Positions 27,517 to 36,527 of a stretch of 64,000 bases of DNA are shown here, piece by piece. The DNA is taken from assembly GCA_947165895.1 (NCBI GenBank), contig CAMVCB010000002.1, forward strand, positions 288,155 to 352,154, in the 5' to 3' direction. The stretch is from an uncultured Treponema sp. (GTDB lineage Bacteria > Spirochaetota > Spirochaetia > Treponematales > Treponemataceae). The notes below the pieces were generated by a model that worked only from the letters and a program-made list of their open reading frames with translations, was not told the origin of the DNA and ran no database searches. Position numbers and translations under genes: made by a program. How positions within the stretch are numbered: the first letter of the stretch is position 1; each line of letters opens with the position of its first letter.

Positions 27517-28784
27517 TGAACGAAGGCCCGTCCCTCCATCTGATTATTCTTCTTGTAGTTCTGATTGTTCTTTCCATGCTCTTTTCCATTTCGGAAAGTT
27601 CGATTCTTGGAATGAACAAGCTGCGGCTGCGAATTCTCAAAAAAAATAAAAATAAAAAGGCGCTCAGAATTTCAAAGCTTCTTGAACACCGTGATCGCCT
27701 TATAAATTCTCTTTTAGTTTCCAACGACATCGTAAACATTCTTGTTTCCTCGATTCTGGCAACCCTTGCCCTTGGCATGTTCGGGGAAAAAGGAGTGGGA
27801 CTTGCAACCCTTATTGCCACCCTCCTTCTTTTGATTTTTGGCGAAATTACTCCAAAGACTATTTCCACCCGCTGCCCTGACCGCATTGCATATTTTTTAA
27901 GCGGCTTTGTAAAGCTGATTGTTTTTATCATGACGCCGATTGTTCTTGTGGTAACTTTTATTGCCCGCCTGACCCTGCGCATTTTTGGAATCCGCACAGA
28001 CTCAAAGAAAAAATCCTACACGGAAGAAGAAATCCGGACTTTTTTTGATTTGAGTGAGGAAAGCGGCGTTATCGAAGAAAATGCAAACCGCTTTATGAAT
28101 CAGATTTTTAAGTTTTCTGATCTTGAAGCCCAGGATATTATGGTGCCCCGGACAAAAATCAGGGCAGTCAGCGAAGATGCCAGCTGGAAGGAAATTATTG
28201 AACTTTCCCAGCGTCTGGGCTACACCCGTTTTCCTGTTTACCGCAAGTCAATTGATGATATTACGGGTATTGTCTATCTTAAGGACCTGCTTTTTTACAA
28301 GGATAAGCAGGCTGAATTTGATGTGCGTAACGTTATGCGTCCTCCGCTTTTTATCATCGGTACAAAAAAAATGTCTTCGGTTCAGACTATGCTTTTTGAA
28401 AACCGCCAGTCTATGGCAATTATCATTGATGAGTATTCAGGAACTGACGGAATTGTGACCGAAAAGGATATCTGCCGCGAAATTTTTTCCCTGCCGGGCG
28501 ACGTCGGACTGCGCGGAAAAATTTTTGATTATGAAAGTGTTGAAAATAAAAATGACTTTACAATCAACGGACTTGTTCTGCTTAAGAGCCTGAAAAGCGC
28601 CCTGGGAATAAACCTTGATTCAAACATAAATGAAACAATCGGCGGCTGGATTTGCGAAAAACTCGGCCGCATTCCGACCAGCGGGGATTATGTTGCTTTT
28701 GAAGGATGGATTTTTCAGGCAGTAAAAATCCAGTCTCACAGAATTGAGCGGGTGAGAATTTTTAAAGGAAGGCGAAGAAAATGA
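27516..28784 (+). CDS. DUF21-CBS-CorC/HlyC (CNNM/TlyC-type) membrane protein
   Basis: Four N-terminal TM helices with GEITPK, a CBS pair, and a C-terminal CorC_HlyC domain (TIGGWICEKLGRIP..GD). Confidence 0.85.
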   Translation: MNEGPSLHLIILLVVLIVLSMLFSISESSILGMNKLRLRILKKNKNKKALRISKLLEHRDRLINSLLVSNDIVNILVSSILATLALGMFGEKGVGLATLIATLLLLIFGEITPKTISTRCPDRIAYFLSGFVKLIVFIMTPIVLVVTFIARLTLRIFGIRTDSKKKSYTEEEIRTFFDLSEESGVIEENANRFMNQIFKFSDLEAQDIMVPRTKIRAVSEDASWKEIIELSQRLGYTRFPVYRKSIDDITGIVYLKDLLFYKDKQAEFDVRNVMRPPLFIIGTKKMSSVQTMLFENRQSMAIIIDEYSGTDGIVTEKDICREIFSLPGDVGLRGKIFDYESVENKNDFTINGLVLLKSLKSALGINLDSNINETIGGWICEKLGRIPTSGDYVAFEGWIFQAVKIQSHRIERVRIFKGRRRK

Positions 28785-30037
28785 GTAAAAATCTGATTAC
28801 CGTCGCAGTCCTTATAATCCTTATCCTTTGTGTCGGCTTTTTTACTTCTTCGGAAACGGCTTATCTTTCCCTGCCAAGATTAAAGCTTCGCAGTATGATT
28901 GAACGCAAGACAAGACATGCAAAGCTTGTTGCAAAGTTAAAGCGCAATATGGATTCTCTTCTGACCGTCGTTCTTGTCGGAACTAACTTTTTGAATTCCC
29001 TTGCATCTGCCATTGCCACCGCCTTTGCAATTGAACTTTTGGGAAAGAAGGGAAGTGGTATTGCTCCTTTTGTAACTGCCTTTTTTGTTACCACCTTTGC
29101 CCAGATTGTCCCAAAAACTGCCGCTGCCCTGAATCCTGAAAAATTCTGCTCTAATTCGGCACCTGCCCTTTTTATTTTGCAGAAGCTTTTATTTCCTATT
29201 GTCTGGCTTTTTACAAAATTGTCTCACATTGTAGTTGCGATTGTAGAAAAAATCATAAAGCCGGATGCAACTTCAGTTACCCAGGAAGAGCTTAAAACTC
29301 TGATTGATGTGGGTGAAAAGGAAGGAACGATTGAAAAGGATGAGCGCAGAATGCTCAATAAAATCATCGAATTTAATGACATTACCGTAAACGATATCAT
29401 GCGCCATCGTTCTTTTGTCAGTATGGTTAGTGAGGAAGCCGGCTATGATGAAGTTATTGCGGAGTTCAGAAAATCGGGCTTTTCTACTTTGACCGTTTAT
29501 AAAGATGCACGGGAAAATGTTACGGGCGTTATAAATTACAAGCAGATTTTATTTTCTGATTATGAGCATACAGATAAAAACTTTGCGGCTAAAGTAAAGC
29601 AGAATGTATCTTTTATTCCGGGAACTCTTTCTGTCCTTGAAGTTCTTCAGAAATTCAGGCATCAGAATCACAAATTTGCTGTGGTTCTTGATGAGCAGGG
29701 AGTAACAAGCGGCATTGTTGCCATGGAAGATATTATCCGCACTGTTTTTGGCCGCATGACTGATGAAAACGGCTATAACAATCTGCCTGCAGAAGATAAA
29801 ATCAAGATGGTTTCTTACAATACCTTCCTTGTGCCGGGCGAGCTTAAAATTGAAGATGTGAACGAATTCCTTGGAATGAATCTGGAAAGCGAAAATATGA
29901 ATACAATCGGCGGTTTTGTACTTGAAAAAATCGGGCATCTGCCGTCGGTAGGGGACGTTACAAAAATCGACGGTAAAATCTTTATTGTTGAAGATGTTCT
30001 TCTCCGTCGTATCTTGAGCGTGAAAATCATCCTTTAA
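28781..30037 (+). CDS. DUF21-CBS-CorC/HlyC (CNNM/TlyC-type) membrane protein, tandem paralogue
   Basis: Same architecture (AQIVPKT, CBS pair, TIGGFVLEKIGHLP..GD). Overlaps the previous gene by 4 nt. Confidence 0.85.
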   Translation: MSKNLITVAVLIILILCVGFFTSSETAYLSLPRLKLRSMIERKTRHAKLVAKLKRNMDSLLTVVLVGTNFLNSLASAIATAFAIELLGKKGSGIAPFVTAFFVTTFAQIVPKTAAALNPEKFCSNSAPALFILQKLLFPIVWLFTKLSHIVVAIVEKIIKPDATSVTQEELKTLIDVGEKEGTIEKDERRMLNKIIEFNDITVNDIMRHRSFVSMVSEEAGYDEVIAEFRKSGFSTLTVYKDARENVTGVINYKQILFSDYEHTDKNFAAKVKQNVSFIPGTLSVLEVLQKFRHQNHKFAVVLDEQGVTSGIVAMEDIIRTVFGRMTDENGYNNLPAEDKIKMVSYNTFLVPGELKIEDVNEFLGMNLESENMNTIGGFVLEKIGHLPSVGDVTKIDGKIFIVEDVLLRRILSVKIIL

Positions 30038-30045
30038 AATTAAAA

Positions 30046-30078
30046 AACGGAAGGTAAAATAAAACCTTCCGTTTTTTT
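30046..30078. terminator. bidirectional rho-independent terminator
   Basis: AACGGAAGG (30046-30054) pairs with CCTTCCGTT (30065-30073). It is flanked by an A-run on the left and a T-run on the right, between convergent genes. Confidence 0.8.
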
Positions 30079-30102
30079 ATGTCCGTTTCTGGGACTTATA
30101 AT

Positions 30103-31332
30103 TTATTTAGCAAGACAGGCATCCAGATCTTTTTCAATCTGTTCGCGGTCAAGGTGCTGGCCGATAATTACCAGTTTAATCATGCGGTCTCCGACCTTTT
30201 CATCCCAGTCCTTTTTCATCTGAGGCTCTTCTGCAAGAACTCGTTTCTGCTCCTCTTTAGGGCAGGCAGCAAGCCACTGGCCTGAATAGCCGGCAGAAAT
30301 CTGGCGTCCGCTTGTTTCCAGAACGTAGGCCATTTCTTCTTCATCACTGAACCAGACAACACCCTTAGAGCGGATGATGTTTCTTGGCCATTTTGAAGCA
30401 AACTGATCAAGCTTTACGCGGTCAAAAGGCTTACGGCGGTAGTAAACAAAGCTTCCGATTCCGTATTCATCTTCGCTTTCGCCTTCGTGGCGGTGTTCAT
30501 GGTGGTGGTGATGTCCGTGCTCGTGTTCATCATCGTCATGGTCATGGTGTCCATGTTCGTCGTGATGTTCACCATGCTCATGCTCGTCGTGATCGTCATC
30601 ATCATCTTCTTCTTCATCATGCTCTTCAAGGGCTTTTACCCAGCCGGCAGAAGCATAAACTGTTTCAAAGTCAAAGCGGTTTGTTCCGATTACGTCTTCT
30701 ACAGGAACTTCGCAGTGTGATGTTTCGATAACCTTTACGCTTGGCTGAATCTTGTTGATTACGGCACGTACAACCTTCATCTGTTCGTCTGTTACAAGGT
30801 CCCGCTTGTTGATGATAAGGGTTGAACAGAATTCAATCTGCTGAATCAAAAGTGATTCAATATCTTCTTCGCTTTCTTCGGCATCTTTTTTGAGGGTTTC
30901 TTCAAGAGCGTGACCTGAATCAAACTCTTCTACAAGACGGCTGGCATCTACAACACCTACAACGTTATCAACATAACCAATTTCAATCTGTTCCATTGCC
31001 TGGGCAATTGGCATTGGTTCGCATACTCCGCTTGCTTCTACCATAATATAGTCGAATTTTCCTGTTTTCATCAGGTTTTCAATCTGCTGAACCATGTCGC
31101 TCTTAAGGGTACAGCAGATACAGCCGTTTGTAAGAGGAACCAGGCTTGAAGAATCTTTAATCTGAGCTTCTTTAGAAATAAGGCGTTCGTCAACGTTTAC
31201 TTCGCCGATGTCGTTTACAATTACGGCAACCTTATAGCCTTTCTGATTTGTAAGTACGCGGTTCAAAAGGGTAGTTTTACCCGCACCAAGATAACCGCAC
31301 AACAATGTAATTGGAATTTTCTTATCTGACAT
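30103..31332 (-). CDS. COG0523 (CobW/YjiA/ZigA-like) metallochaperone GTPase with His/Asp/Glu-rich insert
   Basis: P-loop GYLGAGKTTLLN and metal motif GCICCT. Has a ~50-aa insert HDEEEDDDDDHDEHEHGEHHDEHGHHDHDDDEHEHGHHHHHEHRHE. CobW C-terminal domain present. Confidence 0.9.
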   Translation of the reverse strand: MSDKKIPITLLCGYLGAGKTTLLNRVLTNQKGYKVAVIVNDIGEVNVDERLISKEAQIKDSSSLVPLTNGCICCTLKSDMVQQIENLMKTGKFDYIMVEASGVCEPMPIAQAMEQIEIGYVDNVVGVVDASRLVEEFDSGHALEETLKKDAEESEEDIESLLIQQIEFCSTLIINKRDLVTDEQMKVVRAVINKIQPSVKVIETSHCEVPVEDVIGTNRFDFETVYASAGWVKALEEHDEEEDDDDDHDEHEHGEHHDEHGHHDHDDDEHEHGHHHHHEHRHEGESEDEYGIGSFVYYRRKPFDRVKLDQFASKWPRNIIRSKGVVWFSDEEEMAYVLETSGRQISAGYSGQWLAACPKEEQKRVLAEEPQMKKDWDEKVGDRMIKLVIIGQHLDREQIEKDLDACLAK

Positions 31333-31402
31333 ATTAGCCTTCCTTAAATATTTGTCATTGTAAATATAATGAAAAAAAGACTAAAAGGAAAGAAGAATAA
31401 TC

Positions 31403-31545
31403 AGCCACAGATAAACGCAGATAAAGGCAGATGATTAACAAGTTGCGTAAAGCGGAAGTTAATCAATGATTATGTTAATCTGGAAACTGGTGGATGCGTT
31501 ATAAAACATTTCAAATCTGCGTAAATCTGTGTCCCATCTGTGGCT
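31403..31545. repeat. nested inverted repeat with 10-bp-phased CAGAT motifs
   Basis: AGCCACAGAT (31403-31412) pairs with ATCTGTGGCT (31536-31545), and ACGCAGAT (31415-31422) with ATCTGCGT (31515-31522). Each arm has three CAGAT/ATCTG copies at 10-bp spacing. Inner pair GATTAAC/GTTAATC. Confidence 0.8.
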
Positions 31546-32143
31546 ATTTTATATTAATATAAGTTTTGCCTTTCGTGTCTGTGCTTGTAGTGTAGGCAAG
31601 AGTAGAGCTGCTGTCTGTCTTATAGAAGGTAAAGGACGGTTGATTCTTATAGATTACAAAAGCAAGCGGAGCCGCCCCTGCCGCAATTTTATACTGCATT
31701 ACATTTTCTTCTTCTGTTTTTGTTCCGTCTGGAATTGTGTTTGCGTAAAGAAGGGTATTAAGCTTAAAAGTAACTTCCTGGCCGGAAGAATTAGTGATTT
31801 CATAGGCATTCTGCTTTTGATCTGTGATGAAAAGTGCCTTTCTTGCAGAGCTTTCCTGATAATTATATGAGCTTGTGTAATCAACGTGGTAAGATGCTGC
31901 AATTTCATAAGTCGCATCAGATTTATGATTAAAAACAGCAACTTTTGGAGTGATTTTTCCCTGGTTTACACTTGCCGCACCGATTGTTTCCGGAATTTTT
32001 GAATCATTGAAGGTAATGCTGATTTCCTGTGTCGAAGAGTTTGTTACAACCCATTTATCATCACTTGAATTCTTAAAATCAAAGCTGCAGGAAGTCAGTC
32101 CCAAAATTACAGCTGCTGCATAAATTGTTTTTACAAGTTTCAT
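31544..32143 (-). CDS. lipoprotein, unknown function
   Basis: Signal sequence plus lipobox GLTSC|SF. 199 aa, beta-rich. Confidence 0.7.
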   Translation of the reverse strand: MKLVKTIYAAAVILGLTSCSFDFKNSSDDKWVVTNSSTQEISITFNDSKIPETIGAASVNQGKITPKVAVFNHKSDATYEIAASYHVDYTSSYNYQESSARKALFITDQKQNAYEITNSSGQEVTFKLNTLLYANTIPDGTKTEEENVMQYKIAAGAAPLAFVIYKNQPSFTFYKTDSSSTLAYTTSTDTKGKTYINIK

Positions 32144-32145
32144 TA

Positions 32146-34110
32146 TTATCTGGCTCCTTTCTGGTAACTTGCCTTTACGGCTGCGGCGAAAAGCTTATTC
32201 TGGTCAGATCTTGTTTCGACTGTAAACTGCGGCTTTCCATCCGAATTTGAAATTCTGTAAATATCCATAGGATTTGTTGTGTAAGCAGGACTTTCCGGGT
32301 TATTTATGTACCAGTCAAGAACCGCCACAAAACAGAGGGTATATTTCAGAAGGTTTGCATTTGTTGCATTTGTGTTCGGCCCATGGTTTTGAGCTCCAAG
32401 CAGAACATCAAGTCGTTTTGAAACTTCATTCTGAACGTCAAACTTGTAATGCTGCCATGGGTTTTCTACTGACGAAATCTTGCCCCGGTTTTTTGCAGCC
32501 TGGTCACACTGATTTACTACCTGAGTAAGGTATTTTCTTACAAAATCAGTCCTGTGGAAAAGAGGCTTATACTTGCTTTCGTCGGCAGGATGTTCGAGTA
32601 TCAGTTTATCAAATTTGAACATTGGAAGGAAGTGATAGGTTGTCTGCCACAAAAGATTTGTGATTGTTCTCTTTCCTATGTGGGATTTGTCAAAATCAGG
32701 CTGTGAATAAATTGAATTTGTCAAATCCAGTAAGGGCTCGCAGTAGAGGCGTCCAAAAACTTCCTCACGGTAAGCAGACCAGTCGTCCAGAACCTTATAG
32801 ATTGTGTCCTTATCATCTTTTTTATGCTCGTCATCAAGTATAAAGTTGATGTTTCGGCAGCCCTGGAAGCAGTATTCGATTATAGTCTGCAAAATAATGA
32901 TTGCCTGAATCGGGTTATTTGGCGAAAGACTGTTGAAACCGTCTTCATATTTGAACAGGGGCTGAAAATAAGGGTACAAATCCTCATGACTTTCAAGCTT
33001 ACTCAGTCCTGAATCCGGGAAAAGCTGTTCTAGAAGCTTAAGGCCTGTGATAACAGTCTGATCTTTTAGACCACGCTCCGGCGGCGCAGGCTTCTTAGGT
33101 GCTTCTTTTTTCTCTTCTACAGGCTTCGGTTTTTCCGGAAGCAGAAGGTCATATTTATGAAGATCAAGGAACTTTAAAATTTCTGCAACCTTTGAGTTGA
33201 AAAAGCCTGGATAGGGTTCTACAGTGTCACAGCACATGCGCATTAAAAGAGGATAGAGTTTTTTGATGATTTCAGTATCAAGGTAAAGCCACTCTGTAAT
33301 AGCTTCTTTTGCCATTTTTGAAAGCTTTTCTCTTGGAGCTTCCGGGTAGGCCGTCTCATCTGTATAAATCTCTTTTATCAGCTTTGGAATTTTGTTGTTT
33401 CCATAGTAGTAAAGGGTAATCAGATTTCTGTAAATTGCGCGGACAATTGGTACCATGTCGGCAACAAGCCATGGCTGGGGAAAACTCTGCATATTAACGT
33501 ATTCCACCCGGATATTCTGCATTGTCCAGCCGGCAACCATTCGCAGCAGCTTGAATTTAGGTTCAGTATCAGCGGCGATTTTTGATTTATAAGTCGCAGG
33601 AGCCATCTGAATAAGCGTTTTGATTACGGTGATAAAGGCTTCCATGTGGTCAATCATTGCTTTGACTGTGTAAACTACAAATTCCGGAGAAAGCTTTTCG
33701 GTTCCGTTTTTCTGCAGGGAACGCATAAAATTAAAAAATCCGTAATTTGGCTTGATTTTATAGTCAGGCGACATCATAAGCTTGTCAAAAGCTGCTGCGG
33801 TTTTCTTGGAAATTGAAGGAAGATTGTCTGCTGTACGCTTTTTTTTAGGCTCCGGGGCTGTCGCAACACCAGTTATTTTGTTAGCCTGAGAGCCTGCTCC
33901 TGCGCTGCCGCCAGCTGCAGTCGGTCTTATGATTTTTCCGGATGATTTTTTTGAAAGGGTATCTGTTGTTGATGATCGTTCATACATTACCTGTCCGCCA
34001 AGCTTTTTTGCCATCAGTTTTGCTTCTTCGCGGTCAATTGCTCCTATATTTTTTCGGGTATTATCAAGTGTACCAGGTGCCCAGTCGGCAGTTTTTACGT
34101 CATCAGCCAT
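32146..34110 (-). CDS. hypothetical protein (654 aa), no recognisable motif
   Basis: Long ORF with host-like composition, 2 nt upstream of the lipoprotein gene. Has Lys/Pro-rich linkers. Confidence 0.7.
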   Translation of the reverse strand: MADDVKTADWAPGTLDNTRKNIGAIDREEAKLMAKKLGGQVMYERSSTTDTLSKKSSGKIIRPTAAGGSAGAGSQANKITGVATAPEPKKKRTADNLPSISKKTAAAFDKLMMSPDYKIKPNYGFFNFMRSLQKNGTEKLSPEFVVYTVKAMIDHMEAFITVIKTLIQMAPATYKSKIAADTEPKFKLLRMVAGWTMQNIRVEYVNMQSFPQPWLVADMVPIVRAIYRNLITLYYYGNNKIPKLIKEIYTDETAYPEAPREKLSKMAKEAITEWLYLDTEIIKKLYPLLMRMCCDTVEPYPGFFNSKVAEILKFLDLHKYDLLLPEKPKPVEEKKEAPKKPAPPERGLKDQTVITGLKLLEQLFPDSGLSKLESHEDLYPYFQPLFKYEDGFNSLSPNNPIQAIIILQTIIEYCFQGCRNINFILDDEHKKDDKDTIYKVLDDWSAYREEVFGRLYCEPLLDLTNSIYSQPDFDKSHIGKRTITNLLWQTTYHFLPMFKFDKLILEHPADESKYKPLFHRTDFVRKYLTQVVNQCDQAAKNRGKISSVENPWQHYKFDVQNEVSKRLDVLLGAQNHGPNTNATNANLLKYTLCFVAVLDWYINNPESPAYTTNPMDIYRISNSDGKPQFTVETRSDQNKLFAAAVKASYQKGAR

Positions 34111-34128
34111 CTTTCTGCTCCTTTGATA

Positions 34129-35181
34129 TTATATTCTTATCAGATTTCTGTATAAAATGCCGGGGAAATTCTTCAGCGTAATTTTTTCACCGTCCGCTGT
34201 AAGTAAGACTCCGTCATATGTTCCGTAAATCATATTATCAGTTGAACGCAGCGCAATTATGTTCAGGGTTCTTGAATTGGAAGACAGCGGTGTAAAAGAA
34301 AGGTCTACCATGCTTTCTGTATCCTGAATAACCCAGCTTTTGTCTATTCCAAAAGGATGTGTCATGTAAACCGGCGGAAGAGCTGTCTGCTTTCCGTCAA
34401 CGACAAGTACATTATCGTTGTATCTGTCTGAATCGGCCGCATCAAGGTTTGAATTTTTAAGCTCAAAGGCGATTTTCTTTTCCTTATAAACTCCGATTCC
34501 GTATGCCACCTTAATTTTTGAGTGCACCTTTATATAGGCCCGGTTCAATGTCATGATTGCAAGACCGTTCGAATCATCGGCCTGTTCACCATTAATTGTA
34601 ATGTGCCCCTTTATTGCCATGGTAGTAAACCAGGTTACAGAGCAGCGGGACTGGGTAGGGGAAGGATTTACAAACATGCAGTCTGTATGAAAATCATCAT
34701 CAACCTTGGAGTAAAAATAGCCTTCTGCTTTTGGACGGGCACTGTCTCCTTTTACAGAAAAAGTCATTGCCCCGTGCTTATGATTGCGTCCCCAGGAAAT
34801 TTTTATAAAACGGGATTTCTGATAGGTTGCGCAGATTCCCCTTTTTGTGATAATTGGAATAAAGCGGCGGCGGGGCGGCATGATTGTGTGATAAACATAT
34901 TTTTTACCGTTTTCCTTGTTCCACAAAATGATTTCTGCAAGTCCAAGGGCTTTAAAATCAATAATCTGGGCAAGTCCGATATAATTATCAAGGGTAAAAA
35001 CGTAATTTATGCGGCTTTTTATTCTTATCTTAGTGATGAAGGTAGGAAAGGGAATTCCTGCATAAGGTGCCCGCATGCCCCGTATATCTATTCTTGGAGA
35101 AACGCTGGAAAAAGTTCCAAAGTGAGCTTTATGCTTTTCTATTATATTTTCAGGCGGGTCTTTAAATTGCCTGCAATACAT
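34129..35181 (-). CDS. hypothetical protein (350 aa)
   Basis: Long ORF 18 nt upstream of the 654-aa gene, and first gene of the minus-strand triplet. Beta-rich. The family was not confidently recognised. Confidence 0.65.
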   Translation of the reverse strand: MYCRQFKDPPENIIEKHKAHFGTFSSVSPRIDIRGMRAPYAGIPFPTFITKIRIKSRINYVFTLDNYIGLAQIIDFKALGLAEIILWNKENGKKYVYHTIMPPRRRFIPIITKRGICATYQKSRFIKISWGRNHKHGAMTFSVKGDSARPKAEGYFYSKVDDDFHTDCMFVNPSPTQSRCSVTWFTTMAIKGHITINGEQADDSNGLAIMTLNRAYIKVHSKIKVAYGIGVYKEKKIAFELKNSNLDAADSDRYNDNVLVVDGKQTALPPVYMTHPFGIDKSWVIQDTESMVDLSFTPLSSNSRTLNIIALRSTDNMIYGTYDGVLLTADGEKITLKNFPGILYRNLIRI

Positions 35182-35318
35182 CTTCTACCTCAAAAATCAA
35201 TTTGATTTATTTTCCATTTTAACTGAAAACTGCTTCTACCGCAACTTAAAGTTTGGTAAGGTTTTTTGCCATCTGCAGACACTTTTTCTTCTTTTTTTGA
35301 TTGAAAAATCTTTTTTTA

Positions 35319-35327
35319 TGTTATAAT
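35319..35327 (+). promoter_or_regulatory. candidate extended -10 promoter (TGtTATAAT)
   Basis: TGTTATAAT lies 25 nt upstream of ATG 35353. No good -35 element at 17-bp spacing. Confidence 0.4.
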
Positions 35328-35352
35328 TAAAGGACATTTTTCAGGAGGCTTT

Positions 35353-35796
35353 ATGAAAAAAACTCTGATTGTATTGGCTTTCTTCTGTGCTGCCCTTAGT
35401 CTTGCAGGTGCAAAAGAGAAAAAATTAAAAAATAAAGCAAAGCAGAATGTCCAGAATGTTATAGAAAAAGTTTCTGACTTCGTAGAAGAAGTGGAAGATA
35501 TAGAAGATATTGATATAGAAAGCATGGATGCCGAAATTGTCAGCCGGGATCAGATTGAAACAATGTTTTCCCTTGCAGACCAGCTGAATATTGACCTTAA
35601 GGCGGCTCTTGAAAATAAAGAAGCCTCAATGGCAGAAGAATTTGATTATCTGATTGCGGAGGAAAAAGAGCAGCTTGATATTCTTATTGAAAAGGTAAAA
35701 AAATCTTCAGACTGGACGGCGACTGACGAAGCAAAATTGAAGAAATCAAGGGCTGAATTTAAAAAGCTCAGCCGTAAGTATAAGCCTGCTAAATAA
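35353..35796 (+). CDS. small exported coiled-coil protein
   Basis: GGAGG Shine-Dalgarno sequence. Signal peptide ...LSLAGA|KE. Acidic and helical. Confidence 0.65.
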   Translation: MKKTLIVLAFFCAALSLAGAKEKKLKNKAKQNVQNVIEKVSDFVEEVEDIEDIDIESMDAEIVSRDQIETMFSLADQLNIDLKAALENKEASMAEEFDYLIAEEKEQLDILIEKVKKSSDWTATDEAKLKKSRAEFKKLSRKYKPAK

Positions 35797-35804
35797 AGAT
35801 AGTT

Positions 35805-36458
35805 TTAGAAGGGGATGCTCAGGGTGGTGAGGGTTTCTGTTTCGTTTGTGTCGATTGCAAAGCATTCAGAGTCCAGTCCCATCTGAGCCATCAGCTTTTT
35901 AATCATGACAATTCCAAGTCCTGAGCCTTCCGACAGGTCAACACTGTCTGCAAAAAAGTTGTCCGCCTGATCATGTTCGCTCAGCTTCATTTTCTCTTTA
36001 ATGCGGATTTTTTCTTCCGGCGTAATTACGCAGTTATTTATGGTAACAATCTTAAATTGATTTTTAGAGACAGAAAATTGGATTTTTACGTAGTAATTCA
36101 TCTGGCGGATTTCTGCCGCAGTCTGCTTGTTTTTTAGAAGACCCAGACCTTCATCATGGAAGGTTTTCATGCCAATCTGATATTCATCAGGATTATTAAT
36201 ATCAAGCTTATTCAATATAAAGTGTGCGCGTTTTAAAATTGCTTTAATGGCATTGGAAACAATTTCACCCATGCAGATTCCGACAAAGGGGCTGATTTCC
36301 TGTTTTTTGATTTTTTTTAGGAAGTGGTCGGTAACAGTGGTCAGATATTCAGTATTGTATCTTGCAAGATCTGTGAATTTGTATTCAAAATAATTTGTCT
36401 TATCAATTTCTGCAAGATCAAAAGCGGCAAGCCCCTGATTGCCAAATACCTTAGTCAT
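35805..36458 (-). CDS. GHKL-type ATPase domain protein (anti-sigma/serine-kinase-like)
   Basis: N-box GEIVSNAIKA and G-box EGSGLGIVMIKKL. No DHp/His-phosphotransfer region. Confidence 0.65.
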   Translation of the reverse strand: MTKVFGNQGLAAFDLAEIDKTNYFEYKFTDLARYNTEYLTTVTDHFLKKIKKQEISPFVGICMGEIVSNAIKAILKRAHFILNKLDINNPDEYQIGMKTFHDEGLGLLKNKQTAAEIRQMNYYVKIQFSVSKNQFKIVTINNCVITPEEKIRIKEKMKLSEHDQADNFFADSVDLSEGSGLGIVMIKKLMAQMGLDSECFAIDTNETETLTTLSIPF

Positions 36459-36527
36459 AACAATAATTCTATAACATTTTGAAAAAAATATAACCCCTAT
36501 AATGCGGCTAAAGGGAAATTTATTTTC

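Noticed and set aside
30384-30731. Plus-strand ORFs (30384-30731, 30487-20720-type frames) and the alternate minus-frame ORF 30414-30629, all rich in His/Arg/Met/Thr.
   Set aside because: They are frame and strand shadows of the CAT/GAT/GAA-rich His/Asp/Glu insert of the COG0523 gene.
34522-35205. 227-aa plus-strand ORF.
   Set aside because: It lies entirely antisense to the 350-aa minus-strand CDS, which fits the operon structure. The plus-strand ORF has no RBS or partner genes.
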